A stretch of DNA of 64,000 nucleotides from Scyliorhinus canicula (Eukaryota). The position numbers and the translations under genes were made by a program. Where the stretch lies: contig NW_024055427.1 in assembly GCF_902713615.1 (NCBI RefSeq), positions 186,001 through 250,000 of the forward strand. The letters are read 5' to 3'. The stretch's first letter is position 1; every line of letters begins with the position of its first letter. Shown here in pieces: positions 34,939-47,603 of the stretch. The notes beneath the pieces are model-generated. The model did not search any database. It was not told the DNA's origin and saw only the letters and a program-made list of their open reading frames with translations.

Positions 34939-35576
34939 TCAGAGAGTATTTTCAATTCCAGTAAATTTGCGTTCCTGCCCTCGTACCGGAGGATGGTTTG
35001 ATCTGGATTCAGAAAAATACTCAGGTCTATTTCTCCACAATTGCATTGCCGTCTCTGTCCTTGTATTGGTCAATAGAGGATCCGTTTCGGATTCGTGAGA
35101 TTAATCAGCATGTCGCGATGCACAGTAAATTTAAGCTTGGAATATCCACTTCCGAGCAGCAGTAATGAAAGTTCTCAGATGTGGGGGTAATAAAATCTTC
35201 CAGGACCGTTAACTTAGGTCGACCTTATGCCAACGAGTCTGAGCCCCCAGTAGTCTTCAGCGGAACATCGACTTTCTGATCGAAAATACATCAAATCTAT
35301 GTTGCCATTTCCTGCTTTCTGTTATGGAGGTTCCCAGATAAGGGACGTGTTTCAACGAAAGTGTGGTGCTGTCCAAGTGAGTTCTGTAAAATCCACGGGC
35401 CTGTGATGATTCCACGTCTCACAAATGTCCATGCCCGCGGGACCATGTGTACGGTCCTTCCAGATATTTTCCGCACTGCCTCAGGGGACCAATATTGCCA
35501 GCATTCTCATTCGGTCCCTGGCAATCAGAGGATTGGCGGTCACTGTTGAAATGCACAGAGTTGTGAGCCTGTTGTC

Positions 35577-35616
<40 letters not shown>

Positions 35617-35650
35617 TGAAAGGTTGGTGGTTTGATCCCACCCAGAGACG
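35577..35650 (+). tRNA. tRNA-Asn-GTT: tRNA-Asn(GTT), probably impaired
   Basis: GTCTCCGTGGCGCAATCGGTTAGCGCGTTCGGCTGTTAACTGAAAGG...; T loop TTTGATC (C56T) and one acceptor mismatch. Confidence 0.8.
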
Positions 35651-35731
35651 AATTGTTGTTCCACTCCTGGATGCTATCTGTTTAGGACAGGGCTAAATCG
35701 CTGGCTTTGAAAGCAGACCAAGCAGGTCAGA

Positions 35732-36595
35732 GAGGCTGATCATTAAGCGCATCACCTCCATACTCCCGGAATGCCTTGCCCCACTTCAATTCGCATACCG
35801 TTGCAACCGGTCCACATCAGATGCCATTTCCCTGGCCCTACGCTCATCCCGAGAGCATCTCGAAAACAAGGACTCCTATTTATTGACTACAGCTCCGCCT
35901 TCAACACCATAATCCCAGCCAAGCTCATATCAAAGCTCCAAAACCTAGGACTTGGCACCCCCACTCTGCAACTAGATCCTTGACTTTCTTACCAACAGAC
36001 CACAGTCAGTAAGAATGAACACCAACACCTCCTCCACAATAGTCCTCAAAACTGTTGCCCCGCAAGGCTGGGTACTTAGCCCCCTACTCTACTCTCTGTA
36101 CACACACGACTGCGTGGCAAAACTTGGTTCCAACTCCATCTACAAGTTGGCTGACGATACGACCAGAGTGGGCCGGATCTTGAATAACGACGAGTCCGAA
36201 TACAGGAGGGAGATAGAGAACCTAGTGGAGTGGTGTAACGACAACAATCTCTCCCTCAATGCCAGCAAAACTAAAGAGCTGGTCATCGACTTCAGGAAGC
36301 AAAGTACTGTACACACCCCTATCAGCATCAACGTGGACGAGGTGGAGATGGTTAGCAGTTTCCCCACTGTCACCAGACTCCGAAATGACTCTCTTATTGA
36401 CTGACTGTGTGCTTCAACCGATGCCAATGCATATGTAGTTACATTGTATATCTTGTGTTGCCCTATTATGTAGTCCCATGTATTTTCTTGAAATTTGTTT
36501 AATTCCCTTTTCTTCCATGTACTGAATGATCTGTTGAGCTGCTTGCAGAAAAATACTTTTCACTGTACCTCGGTAATAAACAAATCCAATCCAAT
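35732..36595 (+). mobile_element. Rex1/Babar-type LINE fragment with internal deletion, preceded by SINE head 35678-35726
   Basis: LLFIDYSSAFNTIIP, APQGWVLSPLLYSLYTHDC, LADDTT; (CCAAT)n tail. Confidence 0.85.
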
Positions 36596-36704
36596 AACCC
36601 GTCTTGCTCCATTTTCACATAATAATAAATGGCGATGTTCTTTCTGACCGCCCTCTCGCATCCACCTTGAGAGATGAATATCACCCCCCCCCCCTCCCCC
36701 GCCC

Positions 36705-36735
<31 letters not shown>

Positions 36736-37814
36736 ACATATACCCCTACCCCTCTTGGTGTCGGTTTGTTTCTGGGAACCACTGCCTTTCTGCTATAATG
36801 TGATTGACGGCACAGACACATATAGGGATCTCTATATTTTTGTGCTGGTATTTCTCTATATATGTGTCATATTGCTATCACTTCTACATTTGCTGCTACG
36901 CAGATTCTCTCCAATCAGACGGAATATGAACCGTGCAGGCTGCCCGGATGCTGACTGTGTATCAGGATCGTCAGTATCGATTGTACTGCTGTGTGGCGTC
37001 AGTATCCTCTTCAACCCTCATTTCAGCGTCCAGATGTTCCACTGGGTCTTGGTGGCTCCAGTCTGATAGAAACGAACAGAAAATAATAATAATCTCAAAA
37101 TTCAGCATCAGCCTCATATTGACCAACGTAACGGTCACCTGCGCCATACTCATTATTATTTAATTAACAATAATATCTGGTTACTCAGTCAGGGGAGAAT
37201 GGGGGTTTTGCATTGAAGGAAATACTGAGTAGCGAGATCATAACGAAGAGGGTGACGAGGCAGTGCCCCGCGATCGTTCCTGAATCAATCGCTCTTCAGG
37301 GCAGGCAATTATCTGTCAGAGCAGCAATCCAGGTTCAGGTCCCACTGCATTGCTGATCCAACCAATGACAGGAATCGAGCAGCGGCAGCAATGTCTAGAA
37401 TATCCCAATGGTGTTGGAGCGAGGGCATCACACGGAAACTGTGACCGGGGCACCGCAGACTCAAAGCTGAAAATTGTGCGGCGGTTATCAGCTGCAGTCA
37501 CAAGTGATGGAGCGGAAATAGCGACAGTTGAGCATCCAGCATCCCGTGACCATCCTGCACCTGCTCAACTCACTGAGAACAATATAGTGTCGGAGGGGTG
37601 GGGGCAGATTGAACTGACGCTACCTGCGCATATTTGAAATAACTTTTTCTATTGCCCTTTTTACCCTGCATTTAAATCCCGCGGGGTTTTCCGTTCTCAA
37701 GTTCTGACAATGCTTTTTGAAATGTTCTATTGATTCTTCTTCTCTCATCAATTGTTGCGCCAGACTCCAAATGATAACAACTCACAGTGCAATCAACCGC
37801 ACTTGCTTGCATAA

Positions 37815-37886
37815 GGTGCGGTGGCCAAGAGGAAAGGCATTGGTTTCGTAAACCAAAAATCGCGGGTTCGAATCCCGCCCGTGCCT
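37815..37886 (+). tRNA. tRNA-Thr-CGT: tRNA-Thr(CGT)
   Basis: GGTGCGGTGGCCAAGAGGAAAGGCATTGGTTTCGTAAACCAAAAATCGCGGGTTCGAATCCCGCCCGTGCCT; anticodon stem TTGGT/ACCAA pairs fully. Confidence 0.85.
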
Positions 37887-38332
37887 CGGTGCTGATCCAT
37901 TCAAAGACGTTTCATTGTCTCGCAAACACTTGCAGCATGAAATATAATTCACCTATCTTCTTTATAGGACATTTATCCTTCAGCTAATGAAAATAATTCC
38001 AGATAATCTGGTCTCTGAAAAAAGCGATTTTCAGAGCAGTTCCCCTTTTGTACCTTCTTCGTCAGAACCACAATAAACTGCTATTATTCTGAGTTCTAAC
38101 CTCAGCATGTCCACCAGAATCTTGGCATTCTTTCGACTTCATCGCATCCATGGTGTGAACGGAGAACTACAGATTAAGCATCATTTTTTGATTAGAAACA
38201 CCTATAGTGACAAAGATAGTGTATTAACAGCTGAAATTTAGATTTCTGTCCAGGTTTCTCGCCCTGATATGCATTGCAGTCAACACTGAATCCACTCAAC
38301 AGCCGAATTCTGACACGGAGTAAACCGAATCC

Positions 38333-38349
38333 GGCAGCAGAGGGCGCCA
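38333..38349 (+). promoter_or_regulatory. CTCF-like motif upstream of family A V gene
   Basis: GGCAGCAGAGGGCGCCA, identical to the minus-strand copy at 45747-45763. Confidence 0.6.
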
Positions 38350-38429
38350 AATTCAAGCACGGGCGACAGAAACTCACCTGATGGTGTCGGCCAAGCCGAT
38401 AGGATGGGAGGCGAGTGATGTCACAATAG

Positions 38430-38752
38430 GCCTCACGGTAGCATGGTGGTTAGCATCAATGCTTCACAGTTCCAGGTTCGATTCCCGGCTGGGTCACTGT
38501 CTGTGTGGAGTCTGCACGTCCTCCCTGTGTGTGCGTGGGTTTCCTCCGGGTGCTCCGGTTTCCTCCCACAGTCCAAAGATGTGCGGGTTAGGTGGATTGG
38601 CCATGCTAAATTGCCCGTAGTGTAAGGTTAATGGGGGGATTGTTGGGTATACGGGTTACGTGGGTTTAAGTAGGGTGATCATTGCTCCGCACAACATCGA
38701 GGGCTCGAGGGCTGAAGGGCCTGTTCTGTGCTGTACTGTTCTATGTTCTATG
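38430..38752 (+). mobile_element. Near-full-length HE1-like V-SINE
   Basis: tRNA head, V domain gtgggtttcctccgggtgctccggtttcctcccacagtccaaaga, (gttctat)n tail. Confidence 0.85.
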
Positions 38753-38845
38753 TAGACCTTCTCCCTGCACTGCACCAAATTCCCTCTCTCCGACACAATC
38801 CCTGACTCAGTCCAGTTCAGTTCACTGTGAGAGATTCAGTCAGAC

Positions 38846-39595
38846 ATGGTTGTGATAATACTGGCGGCGCTTTGGCACAGTAAGTAGTTACAGTGTTAAT
38901 TAAACCAGATTAGCGTATTAATACACATAGGCTATGTGTAATTAACGATCGGGAATGTCTATGAAGTGCCTGCATCAGAGGTCCCAAAAAATGCCGCAGA
39001 TAGAAGTAGATTTATATCAACTCTGTTTAAACTCAGGGCGGCACGGTGGCGCAATGGTTGGCACTGCTGCCTCATTGCACTGAGGACACGGGTTCGATCC
39101 CGGTCCCAGATCACTGTCCGTGTGGTGTTTGAACATTCTCACTCCCACAACCTCGATGTACAGGCTCAGTGGAGTGGCCACGCTAAAAAGCACCTCTTAA
39201 TTGAACAAACTCTAACTTTATAAAGGAACAACAATCTGTTCATTTCAGTCCTTCACTTTCGCAGGCCGGCAATGTTCAATCCAGTAGCTCAGTCACCAGT
39301 GACAATAACAGTCTCAGAAGGGGCTTCGGTGAAGTTAAATTGCCAATATAAAGGCCCCAACATGTACAAAATGCAATGATATCAGGAGAAACCGGCACAG
39401 CCACCGAGATGGATTATCACCAACAACTCAGCAATGAAGAAAGATGTGGGTTCAGGACGATATATGGCGTTTGCTGACAAATCTAAACAGAACGGTTACC
39501 TCAGTATAAGCGCATTCGATGTGGAGGATGGGGAGGTCTATTACTGCGCACTGAGAAACAGCGTTCGAGAAAACCTAAAGCCCCGTACATAACCC
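38846..39595 (+). pseudogene. TCR V pseudogene (family A): leader 38846-38879, V exon 39265-39556, decayed 23-RSS
   Basis: MVVIILAALWH|gtaagt; 1-nt deletion near exon start; conserved Trp is TGA; ...EDGEVYYCALR; AACAGCG+23+ACATAACCC; TGACTCA at 38803; SINE in intron ~39035-39190. Confidence 0.9.
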
Positions 39596-40049
39596 TGAGT
39601 GAGTGTTTACAGCATCACTGAGGTTCCTTTCCGAGAAGGAATTGATCCCAGGCTCAGGCAAGCAATCATGTCTATTTACCGGACATGTCTCTGTCCTTGT
39701 GTAGTTCAAGAGAGGAATAGTTTGGGAAATCTTGAGAGCTATGGTTGAAAATATCAGCCATGATTGAATGGCAGAGCGGACTCGATGGGCCAAGTGACCT
39801 AATTCTGCTCCTATGTCTAATAGTCTTATGGTCTTATTATGGTCCATCATACCGCAAATTGTATTGTAACTTTAAAACCAGAATATCTACCTACCGGCAG
39901 AGGGTGGCACTCAACTGAGGAGATGGACGAAAATCATGGCCTGCTCTTGCAGAAAGTCCAAGGACAAAGACTCCTCGTTACCTGTTCTTTTAACGCAAAG
40001 CAGAATGGATCAATACGTGCTGCGGTACAAAATGTACAAGGTACTTAAT

Positions 40050-40340
40050 GGGCGGCACTGTGGCTCAGTGGGTTGCTCTGCTGCCTCATGCTCCTCGGAC
40101 CCGCGTTCGATTGCCGGCTTGGTTCTCTATCTGTGCGGAGTCTGCACGTCCTCCCCGTGTCTACGTGGGTTTCCTCCGGGTGCTCCGGTTTCCTCCCACA
40201 AGTCCCGAAAAGACGTGCTGTTAGGTGAATTGGACATTCTGAATTCTCCCTCTGTGTACCTGAACAGGGGCCGGAGTGTGGTGACTCGGGAATTTTCACA
40301 GTAACTTCATTGCAGTGTTAATGTAAGCCTACTTATGACA
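40050..40340 (+). mobile_element. HE1-like SINE
   Basis: gggcggcactgtggctcagtgg...gtgggtttcctccgggtgctccggtttcctcccacaag. Confidence 0.8.
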
Positions 40341-40574
40341 CTAGTGAAGATTATTATTACGACAATGTACGCTTAATGTATAATAACCGCCGAGCAACAT
40401 GAGAATTACTATCAGTTGGGACATGGGAAGCACATGGTGCCAGGTTTAGACTTTAATAGAAATCAATTTTTCGATCGAAAATACCTGAAATTTCTGTTGA
40501 CACGACATGTCTTCTGTTCGATTCCCACGCAGATCAGGGACAGACTTCGCCCATTTATGTTATGAAGAGACGTT

Positions 40575-40870
40575 GCATAGTTTTGGGTGTACAAGATTAT
40601 GAGGGGCATGGCAGGGTGGATAGGGAGCAGTTGTTCCCCTTAGTTGAAGGGTCAGTTACGGGGGGACACAAGTTCAAGGTGAGGGGCAGGAGGTTATGGT
40701 GAATTTGAGGAAAATCTAATTTAGCCAGAGGATGGTGACTGTCTGGAGTAAACTACGTGGGAGGGTGGTAGAGGCTGTGTGCTTCACATCCATTAAATAG
40801 TACCTGGCTGAACACATGGCACGTCTTCACATTCAAGGCTATGGAACACGTGCTGACAAATGAGGTCCTG
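40575..40870 (+). mobile_element. Decayed CR1 3' fragment
   Basis: gagcagttgttccccttagttgaagggtcagttacggggggacacaagttcaaggtgagggg. Confidence 0.7.
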
Positions 40871-41213
40871 TAGTTAGTCCTGTATTTTTCACATGTTGGT
40901 GCAGACTCGATTGACCGGAAGGCCTCATCTGAATTGCTTGGTTCTGTGCATCTGTGATTCTGAGTGCTATAACATTCCTGGCACTATAATAATTCCGCGA
41001 GTGACAAACTTCCAGGATTTCTACGTACACATTTATGTCCAGGTATTGGCTGCCCAATTTTACTGGCCTTGTCTTTCACTAGCGTGTCACTGGCAATCAG
41101 AGGAATGCATTTCTCTGCTGCAATAAAGCAAGATGTGATAATGTTGTGATAACAAGTACCGTGAGCCGGCTGCGGTATTGGGATCGCCGCACCATTGAAG
41201 GATATGGCCTGCT

Positions 41214-41279
41214 GGACCTCTCGCAAATTCCGACAGCGACACACCCAAAGCGAGAATCATACCCCTAGACCAACGTGCC
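41214..41279 (-). pseudogene. 3'-truncated tRNA-Pro(TGG) with 18-nt insert 41226-41243
   Basis: GGCACGTTGG...TTTGGG [tgtgtcgctgtcggaatt] TGCGAGAGGTCC; T arm missing. Confidence 0.85.
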
Positions 41280-43803
41280 CCGCGAAAAGAGCCAAAGCAT
41301 ACTGTCATTGCCATCGAAAATCAATCTAACATCTGCGGAGAACGCCAAAAGTACTGCACCATCTCAGGGACTCAGGCGGCATTTGTCGACAGGACAACAA
41401 AGTTCGTCTTTCACCGTCACCTTTCATTAAAACCGGGACAGGTTAGAAATGTAGTACGTCTTAACCAATTGAACTCTCGGAGGGAGGAAACAGAACAACA
41501 GGAAAGGGCTCTAATAGGGGAAAAGTCAGGAGAGATTAAACGAGAAGAGGCCTTGGGACCCTGGCCACAGAGTTAGGTTAGCATCAAATCAGAGAATAAT
41601 GACACCACAGTATGAGGCCATTCCGGCCGCCGTGTCTGTGCCAGCTCTCTGTTAGCGCAATGGAAGAAACAAAGAAACAAAAGATATGTCTGGAGGAGCT
41701 ATCGATGGCAGATTGATCAACAACTACCGCCCGGACACAAAGAACAAGTGGAAACAAGATTGAAACCCAAATCTGCGATGCAAGGACACACAAAATGGGT
41801 GCAGCATTTACAGTGTGAAACTACTGAACACACACTGAGTGTGAAAGCTGTACTGAGCCCAGTGGAAAGATGCGCTGCTCTTCCTCGAGTGTCTGTTGAG
41901 CTTCTTTGTAACATTTCACGACGCCGAGGTCCGGGAGGTCAGCGTTAAGATCCAGCTCTCCAGTCAGTTCAATTTTCCACTTTGGCTCTGTGGATCAGAT
42001 GGGTCACGTCCCTGTGGTTAACACAGATCTGGAGCATCAATTTGATCCAAACGCACTCCAGCTCAGACACTGTCTCTCTCTCTCGAGCATCACCTGTGGG
42101 GAGAGAAACGACGTAAACATTCCGAGTCCTGAGAAATCTATTTCAGAGTGGGCCAATGTAAATCAACCCCGCCGTCAGGGTCGCAAACAATTCATAATCT
42201 CTGACCTGGAGGAAAGGGCTTGTCCGGGATTTAAACCCACGACCACTCCCATGGGCATTGATTGAAAATCCCTAAACGAGAACCAGACCTCGAGACCAAA
42301 GAACACAAATTTGAGACCGACATTCAGCAAAATATAACTTATGCTAATTTCGATATAATTTCTACATCTCACGGCTTTATATGTTGAAACATCTGTTAAT
42401 TTAAGAACCAGCTGTCGTCTGTAACAAGGTGACCTGGCCTCTCAAACAGACCATCAGAATCTGCAGCAACACAGTGAGGTTGTACATTCCTCACGTCCAT
42501 TGATTGCCAGCGGTTTCTGTAGTGTAGTGGTTATCACATTCGCTTCAGAATGTCACAAAATAATTCTGTTCCTGAATGTTGCCGGAATCTCGTGTGTTCC
42601 AGGACTATGAGATTTCGTCTCACATGAGCCACTAAACTGAATTGAACATTGAGGCCCAAGCACTGAATTTTCGGCAGGCAATGAGAGGTGAAGAATTTTC
42701 ATATCTTGGCACAGCTCGGATATTAGCAACTAGTTCATCCACAACAGAATTTCAGCGATTTACAAATGAACATATGAACATATTTAATCAGCATCTCAAA
42801 CACGTCTAAATGTATGACAAATGCAACTTACTGCGGATGCTTCAAACAGAAACAAAAACAGAAAATACTGGACAATCTCAGCAGGTCTGACAGCCTCTGG
42901 GGAGCGAAATGGCAGCTGTCGTTTCCAGTCAAGTGGACTCTTTGTCAAAGCTGGAGAACTGGAATTGGAGATTCAGACGATTGTGGGTGGGGGGTGGGGA
43001 TGGTGGAGTGCTGTATTGGGCCTCGATAGAGGGCTTGCAATAGGTGGGAAATGACGAAAGTGTCTCAGGCAGAAAGAAAAAGGGAATGTAAATGAGGCTA
43101 ATCAAGGCTATGAAGTAGCCTTGAAGAACCTTAACTGATGTAGGATGGTGCTGATGGCGCATCAAGCGGTCAGAATGTGTTAAGGGCAGAACAAAGGTAA
43201 GCAGTGCGTCAGAGAACAATTCCAAACAGGGATCAGATTGCTGAAGTAGGATGGTATGGGCTGGTGGGAGGTGGGCGATGCTGAGGGTAAAACATATCAA
43301 TGGAAGGGATGATAAGTTGATGGAAAAAACGTGGTGGAGGGGGAAGTGAGAGTTCACAGTCTGAAGTTGTTGAACTGATAAAATGAAAGGGACAAAGAGC
43401 TGTCTGAGTCCACCAGAATTAGTCAATAGAAATGTGAATGCCCACACATAGACAAGCTTCTCGGGAACGTCTTGGTTCCATGCTGGGTTGCGGGTATAGG
43501 GTGGATGCGTGGGTTTGAGTAGGGTGATCATGGCTCGGCACAACATTGAGGGCCGAAGGGCCTGTTCTGTGCTATGTTCCATGTTCTAGGTGCCTGAATC
43601 CACCAGATATAGTGAATAGAGATACGGGTCAACTCATAGACAAGCCTTTCGAAAATGTCTTGGTTCTCTTGGGAACGTATTGGTTCCATGCAGTGTGAGC
43701 TCAGCTTCTCAAAGCAACCCCAATGTGAATGAATCCCGCCGTCTGCGCTGCGCTTCAGAAATGAAGAAAACATGCTGCTTGACCAATAGAAAACCTCATC
43801 AAA

Positions 43804-43892
43804 GGGCTCGTCCGGGATTTGAATCCGGGTCTCTCGCAAATTCCGAGACTTAAAAACCCGAAGCGAGAATCATACCCCTAGACCAACGACCC
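43804..43892 (-). pseudogene. tRNA-Pro(CGG) with 18-nt insert 43839-43856, probably non-functional
   Basis: GGGTCGTTGG...TTCGGG [tttttaagtctcggaatt] TGCGAGAGACCCGGATTCAAATCCCGG...; insert begins with T5; acceptor and T stem mismatches. Confidence 0.8.
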
Positions 43893-45005
43893 ACCGGAAT
43901 GTAACCGCAGCATACTGTCATTGCCATAGAAAATCGATGTAACCTCTGCGGAGAAAGCGGTACATACTGGAACTACTCAGGGAGTCAGGCGGCATTTGTC
44001 GACAGGAAAACAAAGTTCGTCTTTCACCATCACCTTTCATTAAAACCGGGACAGGTTAGAAATGTCGGACGTTTTAACCAAGCGAACCCCCGGAGGCAGG
44101 AAACAGAACAACAGGAAAAGGCTCTAATAGGCGGCAAGTCAGGAGAGATTAAATGAGAAAAGGCCTTGGGTTCGCTGGCCACAGGGTGAGGTTCGCGTCG
44201 AATCAGAGAATGATTACACCACAGAATGAGACCATTCGTGCCGCCGTGTCTGTGCCAGACTCTTTGTCAGAGAAATGGAAGAAACAAATAAAGAAAAGAT
44301 ATGTCTGGAGGAGCAGTCAATGGCAGATTAATCAACAACTGCGAGAGTGCAGCAAGTGTGAGAAAGTGAGGAGCTGTGTGGGCCGCACAAATTCACATCT
44401 CCGGTGTTTTCTAACTGCTGGAGTCGTCATAGCCCCTGGGACGCACTCAACCTGCTTCTCCGTCTCTTAGCTGGTGAAGTCTGCCCCTGACCTCGATGGC
44501 GCCTTAACATTGGGTAGAAATGGTCGACATCGATCGAAAATGTTACATTTTTGTTGAAGGCTAAACCATACATCAAAACTTCACATGGTCCTGCACGATA
44601 ATAATAATCGTGTTGCTCTGTGATGCTCTGTTGAAATGGTTATTGTGCATTGCAGACTTTCTCATATTTTCAGGTTCATTACAGGATGGGATGGCGGAGA
44701 CTCAGTGGCCTTGGGCCCACCTGAGTTAAGTTTTGGAAAGAATATCCATAATTTTCGGTATTATTAGCTCCACATCAGATAGTTTTCACTACCTCTGCTC
44801 GTACTGGGTATTTCAAGTTTAAATTTACTGTGGAAATCGCCGCATGGAGATGAGCCTTATGATTTACCAAACTGCCTCTATGTTGACTTGTACAAGAACA
44901 GAGACAGCAATATAACTGCGATCGATAGACCTGACTGCTTCGTGAAATTACTCCCGCAAGCAATGACACTGAATAAAGCTTGTCTGTCGAGTAAATACGC
45001 GCTGA

Positions 45006-45517
45006 GGTTTTTCTCCGGGGCGTTATGTTATACCCAACGCTATGCACAGTAATAGACCGCTCCACCCTCCACACTGAGGGCGCTTATATTGAGGTAACCG
45101 TTCTGTTCAGGCTTGTCAGCAGCCGCCAGATATCGTCCTGAAACTGCATCTTTCTTCAGAGTTAATATATTATGAATAATCCAGATTGGTAGCTGTGCCG
45201 CTTTCTTATGATACCATTGGATGTAGCGAGTGTCCGGCTCTGAATATTGACAATGGAATTGCACCGAATCCCCTTCTGATACGGGTTTTGTCACCGGTGA
45301 CTGAGTTACTGGATCTGCGCATTGTCCGCCTGCGATAGTGGAGGAATTAAATATCAAGAGTTTAAACATAAGTGACCTAAATTTGTTTGTAAATGTGTGG
45401 GTTTGGGGAACCTCCACTCTACCCACCAGGCAGACATTTCTGATCATTAATTATTACAATCTATTGTCAGCTAATCTGACATGGTGAACATTATCCAGTA
45501 CTTTCCGCCAGAAACAT
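45006..45517 (-). pseudogene. TCR V pseudogene (family A), inverted: V exon 45045-45329, degenerate leader, RSS heptamer CATAGCG
   Basis: DPVTQSPVTKPVSEGDSVQFHC...WYHKK...GRY...VYYC; CATAGCG+23+AGAAAAACC; leader homologue ATG at 45517; TGACTCA at the same 37-nt offset as at 38846. Confidence 0.85.
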
Positions 45518-45746
45518 GTCTGGCTGAATCTCTGTGAGTGAATGGGAACGGGATGAGTCAGAGATTGAGAGGAGAGAGGGAACCCGGGCTCTGTTCAGTT
45601 CATTGTTCCACCCACACAATGCAGGGGGCCAGACCCATTGTGACATCACCCAGGCTACCAAACCCATTATGACATCACCAAGTCTCCCAAACCTATCGGC
45701 TTTGACAGTGCAAACCCCATGACGTCATCACGCCCCTGCTTGAACA

Positions 45747-45763
45747 TGGCGCCCTCTGCTGCC
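45747..45763 (-). promoter_or_regulatory. CTCF-like motif upstream of the inverted family A V gene
   Basis: Minus strand GGCAGCAGAGGGCGCCA. Confidence 0.6.
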
Positions 45764-47603
45764 AGATTTATCTCATTGCTGTTAGAATGCGGCCATTAAA
45801 AGAATTCCGCGAGCGCTGAAACACACAAGCAGGTACGAATGGTTCCCAGAAACACCAATTGGAGTTTTTTAGACTCAGCTTTTAGTGCTGTTGATGTTCA
45901 TGTCAGATGATACAAAATGTCAAGTGACACTAAATCTGTAGAATTCTATGTCGGCTCTGGCCAAATCCTGTGCAGGACTAAGTATGAACATTGTTAAGAA
46001 GTCGGAGAAAGTGCGGACGTTATATATCAGAACAGAAGGCATAATGCAAATCTTTGCACAAGGCTGGCGAAGCTTACTTTCATTTCTTTTTAACAAAGAA
46101 ATTAGAAGCGATCTCAATTGATCTGATAAAATGATGTATTTTTGGTAGTATAGATCACAAGTGATTGTTTCCAAAAGCAGCAGACAAAATCATCCCGATT
46201 TCATGTAAAATTATGTGAACGTTATTTATTACATTAAGATATGTTAACGTCCGCAATTCCACGCATGAAATGACGAAGAAAGAAGATTCAACGGCAACTT
46301 TCAAAAGCGAATTGTAATAACTTGAGAAGGGAAAGCAGCGTGGGTAATGTGGAGTGTAAAAGGCGATTGGGACAACATTTCCAAATAAACACAGGTAAAT
46401 TGGACCCTCATTCCGTTCCCTAAATCTCTATGATTCTGGGCCGTTAACGTCACTCCCACACTGTTTGTTCTCAGACTCTTGTGCAGTGAGCAGGTGCAGG
46501 ATGGTCACAGATTCTGCAGGTTCTACCGTCGCTATTTCCGCTCCAGCACTTGTGACGGCGGCTGGTTTGATCGGTTTTAGAGTCTGTGGTGTCCCCGGCA
46601 ACAGCTTCCGTTTGCTGCTCTCGATCTGAACCGATTGTTCTGTTGGAGACATCGCTGCCTCTGGCCCCTTCCTATCACTGGTTCTGTAAACAATACAGTT
46701 GTGCAGGAATCTGTATGTCTGCGTCAGAAGGTAATTCCCTGCATTGAATAACCACGGAACAACAGAGCTGATGATCTAAAGCACAGCCGTAAATGCTGTG
46801 TCTGTTTTTATCATATAAATACATAAAGTAGATGGAATGAGGAAGGAACTAAGAAGTAAATACAATGAGTCAAAGAGGAGAAAGTATTCAGGGTTCAAAT
46901 GCAGAAATTTGGCTACACGTTACTGAGGACGTTAAAGAGTTAAAGGATCCAGGTTTTATCAACAGCGATGCAGATATTAGAACAGATACAGACAGTATAA
47001 ATAGGTACAGATCACTGTTGGGAATGCTGTTCAAACACATGGATCGGTTCCGTGGCTCTTATTTCATTTGGTATTAACTTCACAGAGTGTGGGAGGGATT
47101 AAGTCAGCTTAAGGAAGAAGTGGATAAACACGTGACCAGTAAATAGAAATTTGAAAATAATAAAATGTATGGAAACAAACAGTGGATAATTCTTTCAGCA
47201 AGGCAGTACGTAAGTAGTGGACCGACTTCCATCTCTTTGGGCTGTAAAACACTATGACGTTTAGATGACCAATGGCTCTGTTCAGTTAGGAAGACAACAG
47301 AGCACTGACTATATGAATCGTGTTAGCCTGGGGTTACACACAGGAAGCAGAGAGGTTCGCAATCAGTGACGGTTCACGCGGTGTGTGAATTAAGAAACAA
47401 CCAATCACTCAATGGCACTGTGTAACGTCAAATTAAGACATCCCATAATAGTCCAATCGGTGAGGATCAGTCTCACATTCAGGGGAAGAATGTAAAGCTC
47501 TCTCCACTCCTCACCCGCACAGCATTGAGTCCCGGACTCGGCAGCAAGTCCCAGTCTGGAAATCCGACCCGGATTGATCCGCCTTTTGTCCACTTTCATC
47601 ATC

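Larger units (their letters stand above)
41214..44345. repeat. tRNA repeat unit Y tandem copies (period ~2.6 kb); other copies ~26240-27900, 32820-34657, 62292-64000
   Basis: Marker catactgtcattgccat at 41298 and 43911; shared gagcatca[t/c]ctgtggggagagaaacgacgtaaacat blocks; truncated Val at 42513-42545. Confidence 0.8.
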
